A DNA stretch of 48,795 nucleotides from a virus: the IMG/VR virus record IMGVR_UViG_3300021057_000015, one strand, 5' to 3'. Made by a program: the position numbers and the translations under genes. Positions 25,649-36,082 of the stretch are shown in pieces. Within the stretch, counting starts at the first letter, position 1. The number at the start of each line of letters is the position of its first letter. The notes beneath the pieces are model-generated. The model was not told the DNA's origin. It searched no databases and saw nothing but the letters and a program-made list of their open reading frames with translations.

Positions 25649-26457
25649 CAGGCGGCGTTGGCGAACTGCAGGTATTCGGTCATCAAGACCGGCTCCCCGC
25701 TTTCCTTTGCCGAGAAGACTTCGAAGGCCAGCGTCACCTTGCCGACGTTGCCGTCCGGCAGTTCGGGATTGCCGTTGCTGACGCGGAGGTCCTTGGCATG
25801 GTGAATCATACGATCGTTGTAAAGATCGCCTGAGGCCACGAAGATAGCGGCCCACTGCTGGATGCCGCTGCCGCCCTTCTTGTAGGCGATGACTTCCACG
25901 CCTTTGATCGCGGCGCTGTCGGCCGGGGCTTCGAAGAGCGGGTAGTCCAGCGTCAGGATGTTGCCGGACTTCGAGAGAATGCGGCGATATTCGAGATAGG
26001 CCGCATTGCCGGTGCCCAGCGGGATCTCGATCATCATGCCGGCAGTGAAATTGGTGCCGGATGCCACGGTGATCGCCGTCGTGGTGCCGCCGCCGGCCGC
26101 CACCGTGGAGTTTGCCGCCGAGATGTAGGTCGCCACCGGGGCGATCTGGTTCTTGTTGGCCACTTCCAGGGAAAAGGGCGTGATGCCCTCCAGCCCGAAC
26201 TGGACAGTCATTTCCTGGCTGTTGACGTGCAGCGACACGGCCGACTTGGTCGATCCGAGCATGGTCTTGTTGGTCCCCGTGTTCAGCGGGGCACCGTAAG
26301 ACCCCGGCGTGAGCGGGCCCGGGTAGCGCCAGCCAGAGGTCGCGTTGTAAGCCAGGCCGGCCGATTTCCTGGCCAGGAAGGCGTTCATCGTGAAATTCTG
26401 GTCCTGAATGGCCAACTCCGGCGCCCGGTTAATCGCTGTGAATACTGAATCAGGCAT
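25648..26457 (-). CDS. Major tail protein (269 aa)
   Basis: Beta-rich Thr/Gly/Ala composition. Located between the head-tail joining genes and the chaperones. Confidence 0.7.
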   Translation of the reverse strand: MPDSVFTAINRAPELAIQDQNFTMNAFLARKSAGLAYNATSGWRYPGPLTPGSYGAPLNTGTNKTMLGSTKSAVSLHVNSQEMTVQFGLEGITPFSLEVANKNQIAPVATYISAANSTVAAGGGTTTAITVASGTNFTAGMMIEIPLGTGNAAYLEYRRILSKSGNILTLDYPLFEAPADSAAIKGVEVIAYKKGGSGIQQWAAIFVASGDLYNDRMIHHAKDLRVSNGNPELPDGNVGKVTLAFEVFSAKESGEPVLMTEYLQFANAA

Positions 26458-26469
26458 CGTTCGTTCTCC

Positions 26470-26985
26470 TTAAATGAAAATGAGTTTAAAATCCGCTTGC
26501 TGCCGGATCACCAGAGGCTGGCTATCCGGCCGCTCTACCCAGCTGCGGCTCACCATTTCCAACCGGCCTTGGCCGATGGTCTGGGGGCTTGCGGGGTTTG
26601 CGAAATAGTCCTTGATGTCGAGAAGGGCATACCATCCGGCCCGGCCCTGCTTGAATCCCATCTTGACCATCCAGGTATCGCGGATGAGGGTAATAAGGCG
26701 GCGCGCTTCGCTGAGGTCGCTGCTCGCCGCCTGTGTGAAGAGGTCCATCTGGACCGTGATGCCGTGCCGCTGCCGGCCCTTGAGCAGCTCGCTGGGCAGG
26801 TAGACCCAGCCGCGCATGCTCGGGAAGCTCAGGGGCTGCTTCTGGGCAAAGTAGGCAATGCTGTAGCTCGTGCCCAGGCCGTCCGGCGGGGCCGCATTGA
26901 TGGCATTCTGCGTGGCCTCAAGCTGAGCCTTGGCCTGCTTGTGGTACGAGCCCTCAAGGTTGTAACCCAAGGTCTGGAGCGTCAT
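26470..26985 (-). CDS. Tail terminator / tail completion protein (171 aa)
   Basis: Called from position and size. Confidence 0.5.
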   Translation of the reverse strand: MTLQTLGYNLEGSYHKQAKAQLEATQNAINAAPPDGLGTSYSIAYFAQKQPLSFPSMRGWVYLPSELLKGRQRHGITVQMDLFTQAASSDLSEARRLITLIRDTWMVKMGFKQGRAGWYALLDIKDYFANPASPQTIGQGRLEMVSRSWVERPDSQPLVIRQQADFKLIFI

Positions 26986-27752
26986 ACGCCCACCCGCTGG
27001 AGGTAGATGCTCCAGTCGAAGGTCACGAGCGGCGTGATGCCGTCTGGGCCCGTCATCTGATATTTTCTGGCCGTGCCCCCGTTGACGCCGACTGCGCCGA
27101 CCTCGATAAAGGCCCCGTCCGCCAGCAGGCTGTCAAGGTTCAGTCCCTCGCGGCTGACAACAATCAGGGCATCGCCGACCTTGCGCCGGCTGTTTCCCTC
27201 AAACACCCATTGCTCACGCAGATCGACCTTGCGCACCGTCAGCGTGACCGCGGCGGCCGGCGTGGTGGTAGGCGGTATGCTCAGTTCGGGATCCCCAGCC
27301 CCCGTCACCACCGGTGGCGGAATGAGGTTGACGGCATACAGGTCCGGGATCATCAGGCCATGGACCAGATCCCACAGCTCGATCTGGACGTGCGGATAGT
27401 CGGTGCCGGCATTTGCCTCGAGCAGATAGCCCTTCTTCCGGGTGAGCGGCATATCAGGGCCATCCTCGGGCAGCAACTGCTGGCTGGCGCCGGTCTGGCC
27501 GGTACCGAGCGTCTTGAGCTGAACCCGGATCGTGACCGCGGCTCCCCAGGTTGGCGCCAGGGTGACAGGATTGAGGCCCGTGAAAGGGTAGTAGGTTTTC
27601 GGAACGGCTGCCGGCGGCTCTCGGCGGGTTCTAAGGCCTGTGCCGTGGCTCCCCAGACCGGTGATGACCAGCGGCTCGCCGTCGATCAGAAATTTGTCGA
27701 GGTGCCCGAGCGTGGCGGTGCCGCCGCCGACAATAGGCGTGGTGAAGGCCAT
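26982..27752 (-). CDS. Head-tail joining / neck protein (256 aa)
   Basis: Called from position. Confidence 0.45.
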   Translation of the reverse strand: MAFTTPIVGGGTATLGHLDKFLIDGEPLVITGLGSHGTGLRTRREPPAAVPKTYYPFTGLNPVTLAPTWGAAVTIRVQLKTLGTGQTGASQQLLPEDGPDMPLTRKKGYLLEANAGTDYPHVQIELWDLVHGLMIPDLYAVNLIPPPVVTGAGDPELSIPPTTTPAAAVTLTVRKVDLREQWVFEGNSRRKVGDALIVVSREGLNLDSLLADGAFIEVGAVGVNGGTARKYQMTGPDGITPLVTFDWSIYLQRVGV

Positions 27753-27755
27753 GGC

Positions 27756-28115
27756 TCATACCGGCCCTTCTTCGATGTAAATGATCTCGCCGATCCGTTT
27801 TTCGAACTCATCGGCGAACTCCTTGGCCCGCTTGGCCTTGGCCTCATCGGAATTGGCAAATTTGTAGTGGGCATTGTCGACCTTTTCCTCGAGCAGCACG
27901 CTCGCCCCGGCAGACTGCGAGCCGGGCTTGGCCAGCGTCATCAGCTCAGCGGTTTTGTAGGCGACGAGCAGATTGTACTCGTCGCCTACAATGTCGGCGT
28001 TGACGTGCTTCTGAGCCCGGGCAATGAAGCGGTCGATCTTGTCGAGGTCCGCCTGCACAGCCGATTGAAGCTCCGGCGCAATGTCGAAGAGCTCGGTGCG
28101 GATGGCCTGCGACAT
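27756..28115 (-). CDS. Head-tail connector / adaptor protein (119 aa)
   Basis: Small helical acidic protein directly downstream of the capsid gene. Confidence 0.5.
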   Translation of the reverse strand: MSQAIRTELFDIAPELQSAVQADLDKIDRFIARAQKHVNADIVGDEYNLLVAYKTAELMTLAKPGSQSAGASVLLEEKVDNAHYKFANSDEAKAKRAKEFADEFEKRIGEIIYIEEGPV

Positions 28116-29116
28116 CAGATGCCCTGGGCGAAGATGATGCCTTTCGGGTGGCGCTTGACGACGCCGCCGTTACGGCCCCAGCAGGGCACGACGAAGTTGC
28201 CGTCATCGTTTTCCCGCATCGGGAACATCGTGAAGGGCATCGGCAGCTTGATCACAGCCACTTCCTCGTCGTAGGCATAGCAGAGCATCACGTCCTTGTT
28301 GCTGATGCTGCCTTTGGTCACGCCCTTGAGCTTGGGGCAGACCACCACGACCAGCTCGATCCCGCGCTCTTCCATGTTCTGCTTCACAGCAGAGAGGACC
28401 GAGCGGCTATCGTACTGGCTCATGTTGGTGCCGGCCAGGCGATTGTACTGGGCGATCGGCAGCGCCCACAGCGTGGCGGGGAAGGCGTTATCGGTGGTGT
28501 CGCTGGCGGTATTGAGGAAGGCGATACAGTCGTCATACATCAGCTGGCCGGTCTTGTCGACGAACTTCTTGGATGAGCCCGTGCCGGTTGTTGGAACCGT
28601 GAACTCCGTCAGCGCGGACGGATCCGAGAGCAGGCCGCCGAGGCCCACGCTGTCATCGCCGAAATGCACGGTGGAATCGAGCAGGCGCTCCCACTTGTCG
28701 CGCGCGGCCAGGGCCAGCTCGGCCTGCAGAGCGAAGCCGGCGAAGTTGGCGGCGTCCAGCTCGTCCCAGGTCCAGACGAACTTGTCGCCGAAGGACCGGT
28801 AGCGCCCGATCACTTCGTCCTGCTTCAGGCTCACCGGCGGCAGGCTGCCGGAACCCGGCTCGATGTAAGCCGCTTCGCCCATGCTGTCGATGATGTTGTA
28901 GCTGAAGAACTTCGGCCCGCGACCCTGATCGACCTGGACCGGCAGCAGCTTGCTCCAGACGATGTCCTGATACCGTTTGCGGTAGACCCGGGCCTCGACG
29001 GCCTGCAGCTGGCGCTTGAGAAAGATGGTGTTGCTGTCGTCCATGCGAATGCCGTATTGAACATCCGACCGGGCCGACAGATTGGCATAGAGGTGATCGA
29101 TGCGATCGAGCAACAT
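28115..29116 (-). CDS. Major capsid protein (333 aa)
   Basis: Called from size and position between the protease/scaffold and the connector. Confidence 0.6.
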   Translation of the reverse strand: MLLDRIDHLYANLSARSDVQYGIRMDDSNTIFLKRQLQAVEARVYRKRYQDIVWSKLLPVQVDQGRGPKFFSYNIIDSMGEAAYIEPGSGSLPPVSLKQDEVIGRYRSFGDKFVWTWDELDAANFAGFALQAELALAARDKWERLLDSTVHFGDDSVGLGGLLSDPSALTEFTVPTTGTGSSKKFVDKTGQLMYDDCIAFLNTASDTTDNAFPATLWALPIAQYNRLAGTNMSQYDSRSVLSAVKQNMEERGIELVVVVCPKLKGVTKGSISNKDVMLCYAYDEEVAVIKLPMPFTMFPMRENDDGNFVVPCWGRNGGVVKRHPKGIIFAQGI

Positions 29117-29192
29117 GAGGCGAATACTCCTTGCAAGTTTTATGAGAAAAGCCCCTGGCGCTTGCCAGGGGCTGGAAAGTCTGAGAATCGAA

Positions 29193-30005
29193 TCAGGCGG
29201 CGACGAGGTTCAGCTCGAGGTCGATGATGCCGTCCGCCGACGCGCCCGTTTCCGCCTTGATGCCACTCGGCAGGGCCAGGGCCACCACCGGGGAGGTTCC
29301 GGCGACGTCTTCGATCACGCCGCGGTGCTCGTTCGTGCCACCGCCGGCAGCAAAACGCGCATGCAGGGCGGTTTCGGTAGTGACCGTTGCGCCGGTGAGC
29401 ACCGAAACGCCGCCGCGCACCATCATGCGCAGGGTGTCGCCGGTCTCGTAGCAGTAGCCCGAATCGGTCGCTTCGTTGTCCTTCTTCGTTGCAAAGCCCA
29501 CGATCTCGTCGGCCGAGCCGGCGGTATAGGTGTAGGTCGGCTGGCCGGCGCCGCCGGTGGTGACGAAGTTGGCCGCGGACACCGCACGGTCACCGCTGGC
29601 GATGATGGTCCAGGTCCGGGCCGTGGCATCGACTGTACAGGACAGCACGCCGCTGACCGCGCGGATTTTCACGGCGATCGCTTCCATGGTGTCGGCATGG
29701 GACGTTGCAAAAACCGTCGCGGTCAAGCTGGTCGTGGTGGCCGAACCGCCCAGCGGGGTGATCGTGATGTCACCGACCGTGCTGTTAGAGGCGACGAGGT
29801 CCACGCTGGCCTTGACCACGAATTTGGTCTGCATAGGCTTGCGGACCTTGGTCTTGTCGCGGGGATAACCCGAGTAGACCAGCGCCACATCGGGCTCGAG
29901 GTTCTCGACGGCCTTCACGCTCTTGAGGAAATTGGAATGGTTGATCTGGCCGCGCTTGCGGGTCGCGGGCGAGCTGCCGTAAGTCGTCTGAATTTCAGTG
30001 GCCAT
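29193..30005 (-). CDS. Head structural / decoration-like protein (270 aa, Thr/Ala/Gly/Val-rich beta protein)
   Basis: Called from composition and from its position between the protease-scaffold gene and the capsid gene. Confidence 0.45.
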   Translation of the reverse strand: MATEIQTTYGSSPATRKRGQINHSNFLKSVKAVENLEPDVALVYSGYPRDKTKVRKPMQTKFVVKASVDLVASNSTVGDITITPLGGSATTTSLTATVFATSHADTMEAIAVKIRAVSGVLSCTVDATARTWTIIASGDRAVSAANFVTTGGAGQPTYTYTAGSADEIVGFATKKDNEATDSGYCYETGDTLRMMVRGGVSVLTGATVTTETALHARFAAGGGTNEHRGVIEDVAGTSPVVALALPSGIKAETGASADGIIDLELNLVAA

Positions 30006-31219
30006 CAGTTTTTACCTCCCACCGGCTGCATGCCGGGATACATGGATTGATAGGCAGCCAGGCCGGGATCCTCGGCCTGGTCGTTGCGATCGCCGGCGCC
30101 ATCGGTGCGCTGGCCAGCCTTGCTTGCCGGCGCGCCAGCAGCAGGCGCCAGCTTATTGGTGACGCCCTGCTGGAAGGCGGCACTGGACTGGGTCTTGGTG
30201 GCGACGGACTTGGCTTCGAGCATGTCGAAGCGTCCGCGGATGTGGTCGTCGCTTTTGCCGGTCAGGTTCTGATCCGGATAGGCGGCCTGCAGCGCAGCGC
30301 GCATCACATCGACAGGGCTCTTGGCCTCGTCCATCTTGAAATCCTTGGGCAGGTAGGCGTTGGCCTTGGTGGTCACGTCGGCCCATTCCTTGGCGGCGGC
30401 CTTCAGATCGACGCTTTCGAAGGCGTCCACCTTGGTCTTGAGCTCGGTGACGTTGGTCTGCAGCTGGTCGCGCTCGCCTTCGACCTTGTCGAAGTTGGTT
30501 TTGAGCGTGTCGTAGCGGCCTTTGAGCTGGGCAATATGCGCGTTGACGGCTACTGCGAGGGCATCATCTGCCTCCAGAGCAGCGTCATCCAGTCGGATCG
30601 TTCCCATTTTCTTGTCCTTCCTTTGCTGGGGTTCTTCTGGTAACTCGTATGCGTCGAAGCGCGCTTCGGCCGGCGCCTCGCTGTCGTCGGCTCTGACCGA
30701 GCAATCTGGCCCCATGCGGCCCCGGCGGACCAGGCTGCAATGGTTGTACCGAATCCTTTTCTGGGCGGCGTCATATTCGCCATAGACCGGGTGAACGCCG
30801 GGCGTTTCATCCAGCTTGCAGGTGTAGCCCATCGAGACGTCCCGCTTGCCGCTCTCGTAGTCGAGGATGGTCGATTCATCGGTGATCAGCAGGCTGCTGG
30901 CCAGATAGGCGTTATCGACCTTCTCGACCTCGCCGTAAAAGAAGCCGGCCTGGTGCTGGCGGGTGTTCTTGGCGGTGAGCATGACCGGCGGGTGGTCGTT
31001 GGTAAAGGGCCGGTGCCGGGCGCTTGCAACGCTCTCGGGTTCTGAAACATCCGCCCAGTCGCGCAATTCGCGGCGGATCTTGCCGGTCTTGCTGTCGTAG
31101 TAGGAGAAGACGCCGGCCTTGGTGAACAGCGCTCGAGCATCAAGATAACCGGTCCCGTCATCCGTGCGTCGCCTGGCGCCATCGAGCCGAACCACTGTCG
31201 TCCGTGTGCAAGTCGTCAT
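30005..31219 (-). CDS. Prohead protease fused to a C-terminal coiled-coil scaffold-like region (about 405 aa from MTTCTRTT...)
   Basis: The N-terminal part of the tracked ORF is off-frame. The chosen ATG overlaps the portal stop (ATGA). The C-terminal half is a heptad coiled coil followed by an Ala/Gly-rich tail. Confidence 0.5.
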   Translation of the reverse strand: MTTCTRTTVVRLDGARRRTDDGTGYLDARALFTKAGVFSYYDSKTGKIRRELRDWADVSEPESVASARHRPFTNDHPPVMLTAKNTRQHQAGFFYGEVEKVDNAYLASSLLITDESTILDYESGKRDVSMGYTCKLDETPGVHPVYGEYDAAQKRIRYNHCSLVRRGRMGPDCSVRADDSEAPAEARFDAYELPEEPQQRKDKKMGTIRLDDAALEADDALAVAVNAHIAQLKGRYDTLKTNFDKVEGERDQLQTNVTELKTKVDAFESVDLKAAAKEWADVTTKANAYLPKDFKMDEAKSPVDVMRAALQAAYPDQNLTGKSDDHIRGRFDMLEAKSVATKTQSSAAFQQGVTNKLAPAAGAPASKAGQRTDGAGDRNDQAEDPGLAAYQSMYPGMQPVGGKN

Positions 31220-32610
31220 GCTTCCTCGTCCGGTTTTTGATTGGGGGTCTTGAAGCCCAGCGGCCGGGCCTGAGCCTTCTCCTGCTGGCGCTTCTCTTTC
31301 TCGGCCTTGGCCAGGTCGGCCGGGTCGATGGCGATGTCCTGCTGAAAGCCATCGGGCGTGAAGCGCTTGTAGAACGTGGCATTCGGGACGCCGAGCCTGG
31401 AATAGATGGCATCCCCGGTAGCGGTCTCGCGGTAGATCTGGGCTTTCTCCCTGGGCGTCAGCTGCCAGAGCGAGCGGAAGGTGAAGCCGGGCGGCGGTTG
31501 GTTCAGCTCGGCTGCTTTGTAGGTCAGCAGGCGGCGGACGGGCTTGGACAGGCGCTTGCGCTGCAGCGAGCTCCGGACCATGTTGTAGAAGGCCCGGGAC
31601 TGGTAGGCCCCGCTCTCGCCCAGGCTGGCGCCGGGGGATTCGCCAAAGAGCTCGGAATGAGGGATCCAGGTCTGCGCGCACAAGAAATCCTTGCCCAGCT
31701 CGATCAGCTCTTTGGCGCCCGTCACGTTGCGGTTGACGAACATGAACTCTTCTTCTTTGTCGAGCAGGATGGCCTGTACCGCCGAGGCCATCCGCCGGCG
31801 GGCCCGGGCCGACTTGAGCGCATACTTGCCGCCGTTTTTCTTGACGTTGCTGGCGAAGTTTGGCTCTTTGAAGACCATCACGCTCTGATCCTTGAGCAGG
31901 CTCGAGCCGATGCTGTAATCAGTCCCGTAATTCTGCAGCGGCCGGTTAATGATGTCGTACTGGCTTTCGCCCCAGCCGTAATTGCTTTGCCGGTTTTCCA
32001 TCCCGCAGTCAATGCCGTCGAAGATCAGAATGCGGGACTCGTGGATCAGGATGTTGTCGCCGGTCAGTAGTCGGTAATACTCAACGGGCGTCCAGGGATC
32101 AACATACTGAGGCTGAAGGTAGCGCGCATCCACGATGTAGCGCGGGTAGACGCTGCGGATTCCGCGCTCATTTACGGGTGCTTCGACCGACTGGCGATCG
32201 TCGACATCCAGCACCACGCCGGCACCGCGGTAGGCGCTCGACCAGGCCAGGCCCGTCATGCACAGCAGGTCCGCGTCGATCTCGTTCAGAGCGGTATTGA
32301 GCTTGTCGGCCTGGGCCTTATCAGCCTGAATGGAAATCCATTCGCGCGTCGCCTCGTAAGCCGGGTGGTCGATGACGCGCTTGCCGACACCGTTGCTACG
32401 ATAGAGCGCGTCGATCTGCTGGTAGCTCAGCCGGCACTCAGCCGAGAAGACCCAATCCCCGAAGGCCTTGTCTTCGCTGGTACCGTAGCCCAGGCCTTCA
32501 GAGAGGTACTGATCCATCCGGCGGCTGATGTCGAGCTCGTCGCGCAGCGCCTGCAGCTCAGCCTGGCTGACGCCATCGGAGCGGAACCAGGACAGGGGGT
32601 TAAAAGGCAT
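31216..32610 (-). CDS. Portal protein (464 aa)
   Basis: Called from size and position downstream of the large terminase. It has a basic/acidic C-tail. Confidence 0.8.
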   Translation of the reverse strand: MPFNPLSWFRSDGVSQAELQALRDELDISRRMDQYLSEGLGYGTSEDKAFGDWVFSAECRLSYQQIDALYRSNGVGKRVIDHPAYEATREWISIQADKAQADKLNTALNEIDADLLCMTGLAWSSAYRGAGVVLDVDDRQSVEAPVNERGIRSVYPRYIVDARYLQPQYVDPWTPVEYYRLLTGDNILIHESRILIFDGIDCGMENRQSNYGWGESQYDIINRPLQNYGTDYSIGSSLLKDQSVMVFKEPNFASNVKKNGGKYALKSARARRRMASAVQAILLDKEEEFMFVNRNVTGAKELIELGKDFLCAQTWIPHSELFGESPGASLGESGAYQSRAFYNMVRSSLQRKRLSKPVRRLLTYKAAELNQPPPGFTFRSLWQLTPREKAQIYRETATGDAIYSRLGVPNATFYKRFTPDGFQQDIAIDPADLAKAEKEKRQQEKAQARPLGFKTPNQKPDEEA

Positions 32611-33961
32611 CAGCGATCATCTCCCAGGCTTTGCCTACATTTGTTCGTTTGCGGCGCGTGTAGAGCCCGTAGCGCGCCATGTCCATCGCGTGGTCGTTTT
32701 TCTTCAGCGGCTTGTCCAGGCCCAGCGCCTGCGCTTTGGGGTCCCAGACATAGGTGCCGATTTCGTCGTGAAAGCGCTTCACCCGATCGCAGACCACGAC
32801 TTCGCCGCGCCAGAGCTTGCCGTCCATGAACTTGATGCCGGGCTCGACATCGTTTTCGGCGTCCGTGACCTTGATGTTGAGGTTCCGCCAGGCGCGGTGC
32901 GCCTCGTCATCCATCTCGTCGTCCAGCAGATCGGCCTTGAAGCTGGCGGCGCTGGGGTCGATAATCAACTCGTCAATCGGCAGGCCATAGAAGCGGCTGT
33001 ATTCGCTTAGAAACTTGGCTGACTCCTCCAGGTATTGGCCGTTGGTCCTGTGGCCATCGGAAGCGCCGTCGTGGTCGTAAGCATCGATCAGCCAGCTTTT
33101 GCCCTGCGCTTCTCCCCAGAGCCCCAGGACAAAGGCATTGGTGGTGCCATAGTCCAGGCTGCTCCAGAGCTCGTCAAAGTGCGCCGGCAGCTCGCCGGCG
33201 CGGCACTTGTTGCGCGCTTCGTCATAGACTGCAGCGTAGATGGCGCCTTCGGCCATGGCCCAGATGCCATCAATCATCCTCTGATACCAGAGGCTGCCGG
33301 GCTTGAACTGCCTGCGCAGTTCATCGCGCTTGGCTTCGGTCAGGGAAGGGTTCGAATAGAAGTTGAAGAGCTGGGCGAAGAGATCGCCAGACGCCAGCAG
33401 ATCCGGATTGTTGATGACGTTCTTCCACAGCCAGTGCAGCAGGCTGGCGGGATTGGTGTCCCCGAAGAGCATGCTGTAAGCGTCTGGACCTTCATCGATC
33501 GAGAGGCGGGCGATCAGCTGCCGATGAAAATCCTCGTGGCAGTAAATGCCTTCGGTGAGGTAGGCCAGGCCAATGGTAGCGCCGCTGATGGCCTCGTGAC
33601 TGTCGGCATCAGAGTACCCGAAGCAGAAGAACTCGCGGCTAAAGCGCCCGCCATTCTTCCACTTGAGCGAGATTGTGCCTTTGCCCTTGCTCTTGTCATA
33701 GGTGTAATTGCCCTTGCCGAGCCAGGAAAAGAGGTCACGCAGGAAGATGCGGTAGACCGTATCCTTGGTCTTGCCGCCGAAGTAAACGTCCGAGTCCTCA
33801 TTGCCTTTGGGATAGTGTCCCAGAGCCTCGGAGAAACGGATATTGAGCGAGTAGTTCTTGCCCGATCGGACCGGCCCGTGCGCCCAGTTCTGTCGAGCCT
33901 TCGAGCGGAGGATAAAGGCAATCTGCTCAGGGCTTGGGCGGAGAAGAGTTTTCGAGATCAC
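32600..33961 (-). CDS. Terminase large subunit (453 aa)
   Basis: N-terminal Walker-A-like GPVRSGKN, a C-terminal acidic nuclease region (DAYDHDGASDG... DEMDDEAH) and the canonical position. Confidence 0.85.
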   Translation of the reverse strand: MISKTLLRPSPEQIAFILRSKARQNWAHGPVRSGKNYSLNIRFSEALGHYPKGNEDSDVYFGGKTKDTVYRIFLRDLFSWLGKGNYTYDKSKGKGTISLKWKNGGRFSREFFCFGYSDADSHEAISGATIGLAYLTEGIYCHEDFHRQLIARLSIDEGPDAYSMLFGDTNPASLLHWLWKNVINNPDLLASGDLFAQLFNFYSNPSLTEAKRDELRRQFKPGSLWYQRMIDGIWAMAEGAIYAAVYDEARNKCRAGELPAHFDELWSSLDYGTTNAFVLGLWGEAQGKSWLIDAYDHDGASDGHRTNGQYLEESAKFLSEYSRFYGLPIDELIIDPSAASFKADLLDDEMDDEAHRAWRNLNIKVTDAENDVEPGIKFMDGKLWRGEVVVCDRVKRFHDEIGTYVWDPKAQALGLDKPLKKNDHAMDMARYGLYTRRKRTNVGKAWEMIADAF

Positions 33962-34496
33962 GCTTTTGCTGGTCCTCTTGGCGCATCAGCTCGAGAAGGT
34001 CATGCAGATCATTCAGGCGCTCGGCCGCTTCGTCACCCTTGCCGCTGCCGAGCTGGTAGAGGCCGAGCAGCTCGGCTTCGTCCTTGACGGCCTTGAGATA
34101 GTTGCGCATGTGGCCAGGATTGCCAGATTGGCCAGCCACCATCTTGGTCTGCTCGTTGCTGTTCCTTGCTCCGTCGTCGCCGCCGGATTGGGTGCTGTGC
34201 CTGACCGTGACCCGGACTTCCTCTTCGAGACTGAGAAGCCATGCCTGATGGGCCTGAATCTGGGCATAGCGGAATTTAGCGACGGATTCGGCCTTGGCTT
34301 TCTCAAGGTCGGCCTTGGCTGCGTCGATCAGCTGCTCATCGATAAAGGCCAGATCGAGCCGGACCTGCTTCGCGTCCAAACCGACCTCCTTGGCAATTTC
34401 CCGAAAGGTTTTTCCTTCGGCTCTGAGCTTGGCTTCGCGCTTGTAATCACGGGATTTTTGGTGCTTATTCCGCTTCGGGCCGCGCTTCTTTGCCAT
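33927..34496 (-). CDS. Terminase small subunit (189 aa)
   Basis: Basic N-terminus, an HTH-like GKTFREIAKEVGLDAKQV and an acidic C-terminus. It overlaps the start of the large terminase. Confidence 0.7.
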   Translation of the reverse strand: MAKKRGPKRNKHQKSRDYKREAKLRAEGKTFREIAKEVGLDAKQVRLDLAFIDEQLIDAAKADLEKAKAESVAKFRYAQIQAHQAWLLSLEEEVRVTVRHSTQSGGDDGARNSNEQTKMVAGQSGNPGHMRNYLKAVKDEAELLGLYQLGSGKGDEAAERLNDLHDLLELMRQEDQQKRDLENSSPPKP

Positions 34497-34536
34497 GGGG
34501 AAATCCTGTGGGGAAATTACGCCAGCCTAAACCGGG

Positions 34537-35211
34537 TCAGGCTTTGAGTTTTAGCCTTTCCGGTCGGCGAATGAGCTTCGGCGCCAGGGCCTTGTAGACC
34601 TGGCGCAGCACATCCTCTTTCTGCCGGGCTGTGGTTTTCGGTGGCGGGACCGGGATCGGCATCGACGTGATCCGGAGCGCGAGCGGCGATTTACTGCCGA
34701 GCCCGACCCAGTCCATCATCACGTGCTCGTCGGCTTCGTTGAGGCCCTGGGCAATCTCGCGGACATCGGCCCAGCTGAGCCATTGAATCAGGGTTTCGTT
34801 GGTGCTGGGGTTCGGCTTGGTGCGGATGCTGACGCTTTTCTCGTAGCCCATGCCGTCGAAGTCGCTGCGGTCGAGCACTTCAAGATTATGCCAGGGCTCG
34901 CGGTAGTAGGTGCTGAAGAGGTGGCGGACTTCGGACAGGGGCAGCGAGACATCCAGCTCGGCGCGGACTTTCTTGCCGCGCTTGTGCTCGGCGCGGGCGA
35001 TCTCCAGCTCGGCCTCAAGCTCGGCCTTGACGGTGGGGTGGGCCTCATTGATCCAGCGGCGGATCTGCTTGGCCGAGTAGCCGCCGAGCAGCTTGCCGAG
35101 AATCTGCAGATTGCCGCCGGCCTTTCGAAACCACTCCGGCAGCTCGCGGAGCTTCGGGCGGTGTTTGACGATCGGCGTCTCTGCACACGTCGGCATCTTA
35201 AGACCCATCAT
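34537..35211 (-). CDS. Hypothetical phage protein (224 aa) preceding the terminase genes
   Basis: ORF with protein-like composition. An alternative start lies at 35196. Confidence 0.5.
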   Translation of the reverse strand: MMGLKMPTCAETPIVKHRPKLRELPEWFRKAGGNLQILGKLLGGYSAKQIRRWINEAHPTVKAELEAELEIARAEHKRGKKVRAELDVSLPLSEVRHLFSTYYREPWHNLEVLDRSDFDGMGYEKSVSIRTKPNPSTNETLIQWLSWADVREIAQGLNEADEHVMMDWVGLGSKSPLALRITSMPIPVPPPKTTARQKEDVLRQVYKALAPKLIRRPERLKLKA

Positions 35212-35273
35212 GCATGATTTTTTGTCAAGCGTGGGACATTTTTCTCAAACTGTCGTAAGGGTTAACGACAATT

Positions 35274-35552
35274 TCAGAGCGACCTCAGCGCTTTGATGAT
35301 GGCCTGGCGCTGGGCGATCTCCTGGCGCAGCCGCTGCTCAACGCGGGCGCGGGCATTCACGACCAGATCGCGCGGGATCGGTCGCCGGCCGAGCTCGAAG
35401 AGCGAGATCAGGTCCTGGCTGTACCCGACCACCTCACCGAAGCGGGCCTGGCTCCAGCCGGTGAGGGCTCGCAGCGCGATCAACTGCGCCGGCGTCAGTT
35501 CGTCTGGCTCGGTGGTGGGGGTGGTCACAGGGCGCTCGAGCAGAGCCGTCAT
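35274..35552 (-). CDS. XRE-family HTH transcriptional regulator (92 aa)
   Basis: It contains LTGWSQARFGEVVGYSQDLISLFELGRRPIP, a typical helix-turn-helix. Confidence 0.65.
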   Translation of the reverse strand: MTALLERPVTTPTTEPDELTPAQLIALRALTGWSQARFGEVVGYSQDLISLFELGRRPIPRDLVVNARARVEQRLRQEIAQRQAIIKALRSL

Positions 35553-35719
35553 GCAATCCCGCCATCGATGGGCGGTCCGAAGCGGATAACGGTCTTGGAG
35601 CGCTGGCGCTTGGCCTGGCGCTCCTGCTTGCGTCGCTCGGTGCGGCTAATGTCAGTCAGGGCCTCGTTCGGCGCGTCAGCAGGTTTAGCTTGCGCGCGCC
35701 CAGGCTGGGCGTGGTCCAT
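35549..35719 (-). CDS. Small basic protein (56 aa)
   Basis: Not in the track. ATG at 35719. Its stop overlaps the HTH gene start (ATGA). Confidence 0.3.
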   Translation of the reverse strand: MDHAQPGRAQAKPADAPNEALTDISRTERRKQERQAKRQRSKTVIRFGPPIDGGIA

Positions 35720-35755
35720 GGTCTTTGTCTCTGCCTCTGGGGTGACGGGTTTAGA

Positions 35756-36082
35756 TCAGGCGGTAAGGGCGGCGAGCTTTTCGCGTAGCTCGAGGTCCAG
35801 GTTGTGCAGCGTGATCCGGGTGTTGGAGTCCATCCGAATCGTTTCGTGAATGGCTCTGCTTACCTGGTCTAGCGCAGCTTTTGCCTCGGCGGGTGTGCTG
35901 GCGGCCTGGGCGGCCCTGATGACTGCTTCGATGTCCACCAGCGACGCATCTGCAGGCTCTGCATCAGCAGGCGGAAGGGCTACGGACCCTTCGGGATAGG
36001 CAGACGGATCGATTTCCGGCAGCAGGCCCGCGCTGCCATCGTGCTCTCGAGATTCGAGGGCAAATGATTCGGATTCTGTCAT
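35756..36082 (-). CDS. Small acidic protein (108 aa)
   Basis: ORF in operon orientation. Confidence 0.5.
   Translation of the reverse strand: MTESESFALESREHDGSAGLLPEIDPSAYPEGSVALPPADAEPADASLVDIEAVIRAAQAASTPAEAKAALDQVSRAIHETIRMDSNTRITLHNLDLELREKLAALTA

Noticed and set aside
24435-25650. Programmed -1 frameshift between the two tail-chaperone-like ORFs (lambda G/GT style)
   Set aside because: The second ORF (24435-25223) has its own AGGAGA RBS and ATG. No slippery heptamer could be identified with confidence at the 25214-25223 overlap.
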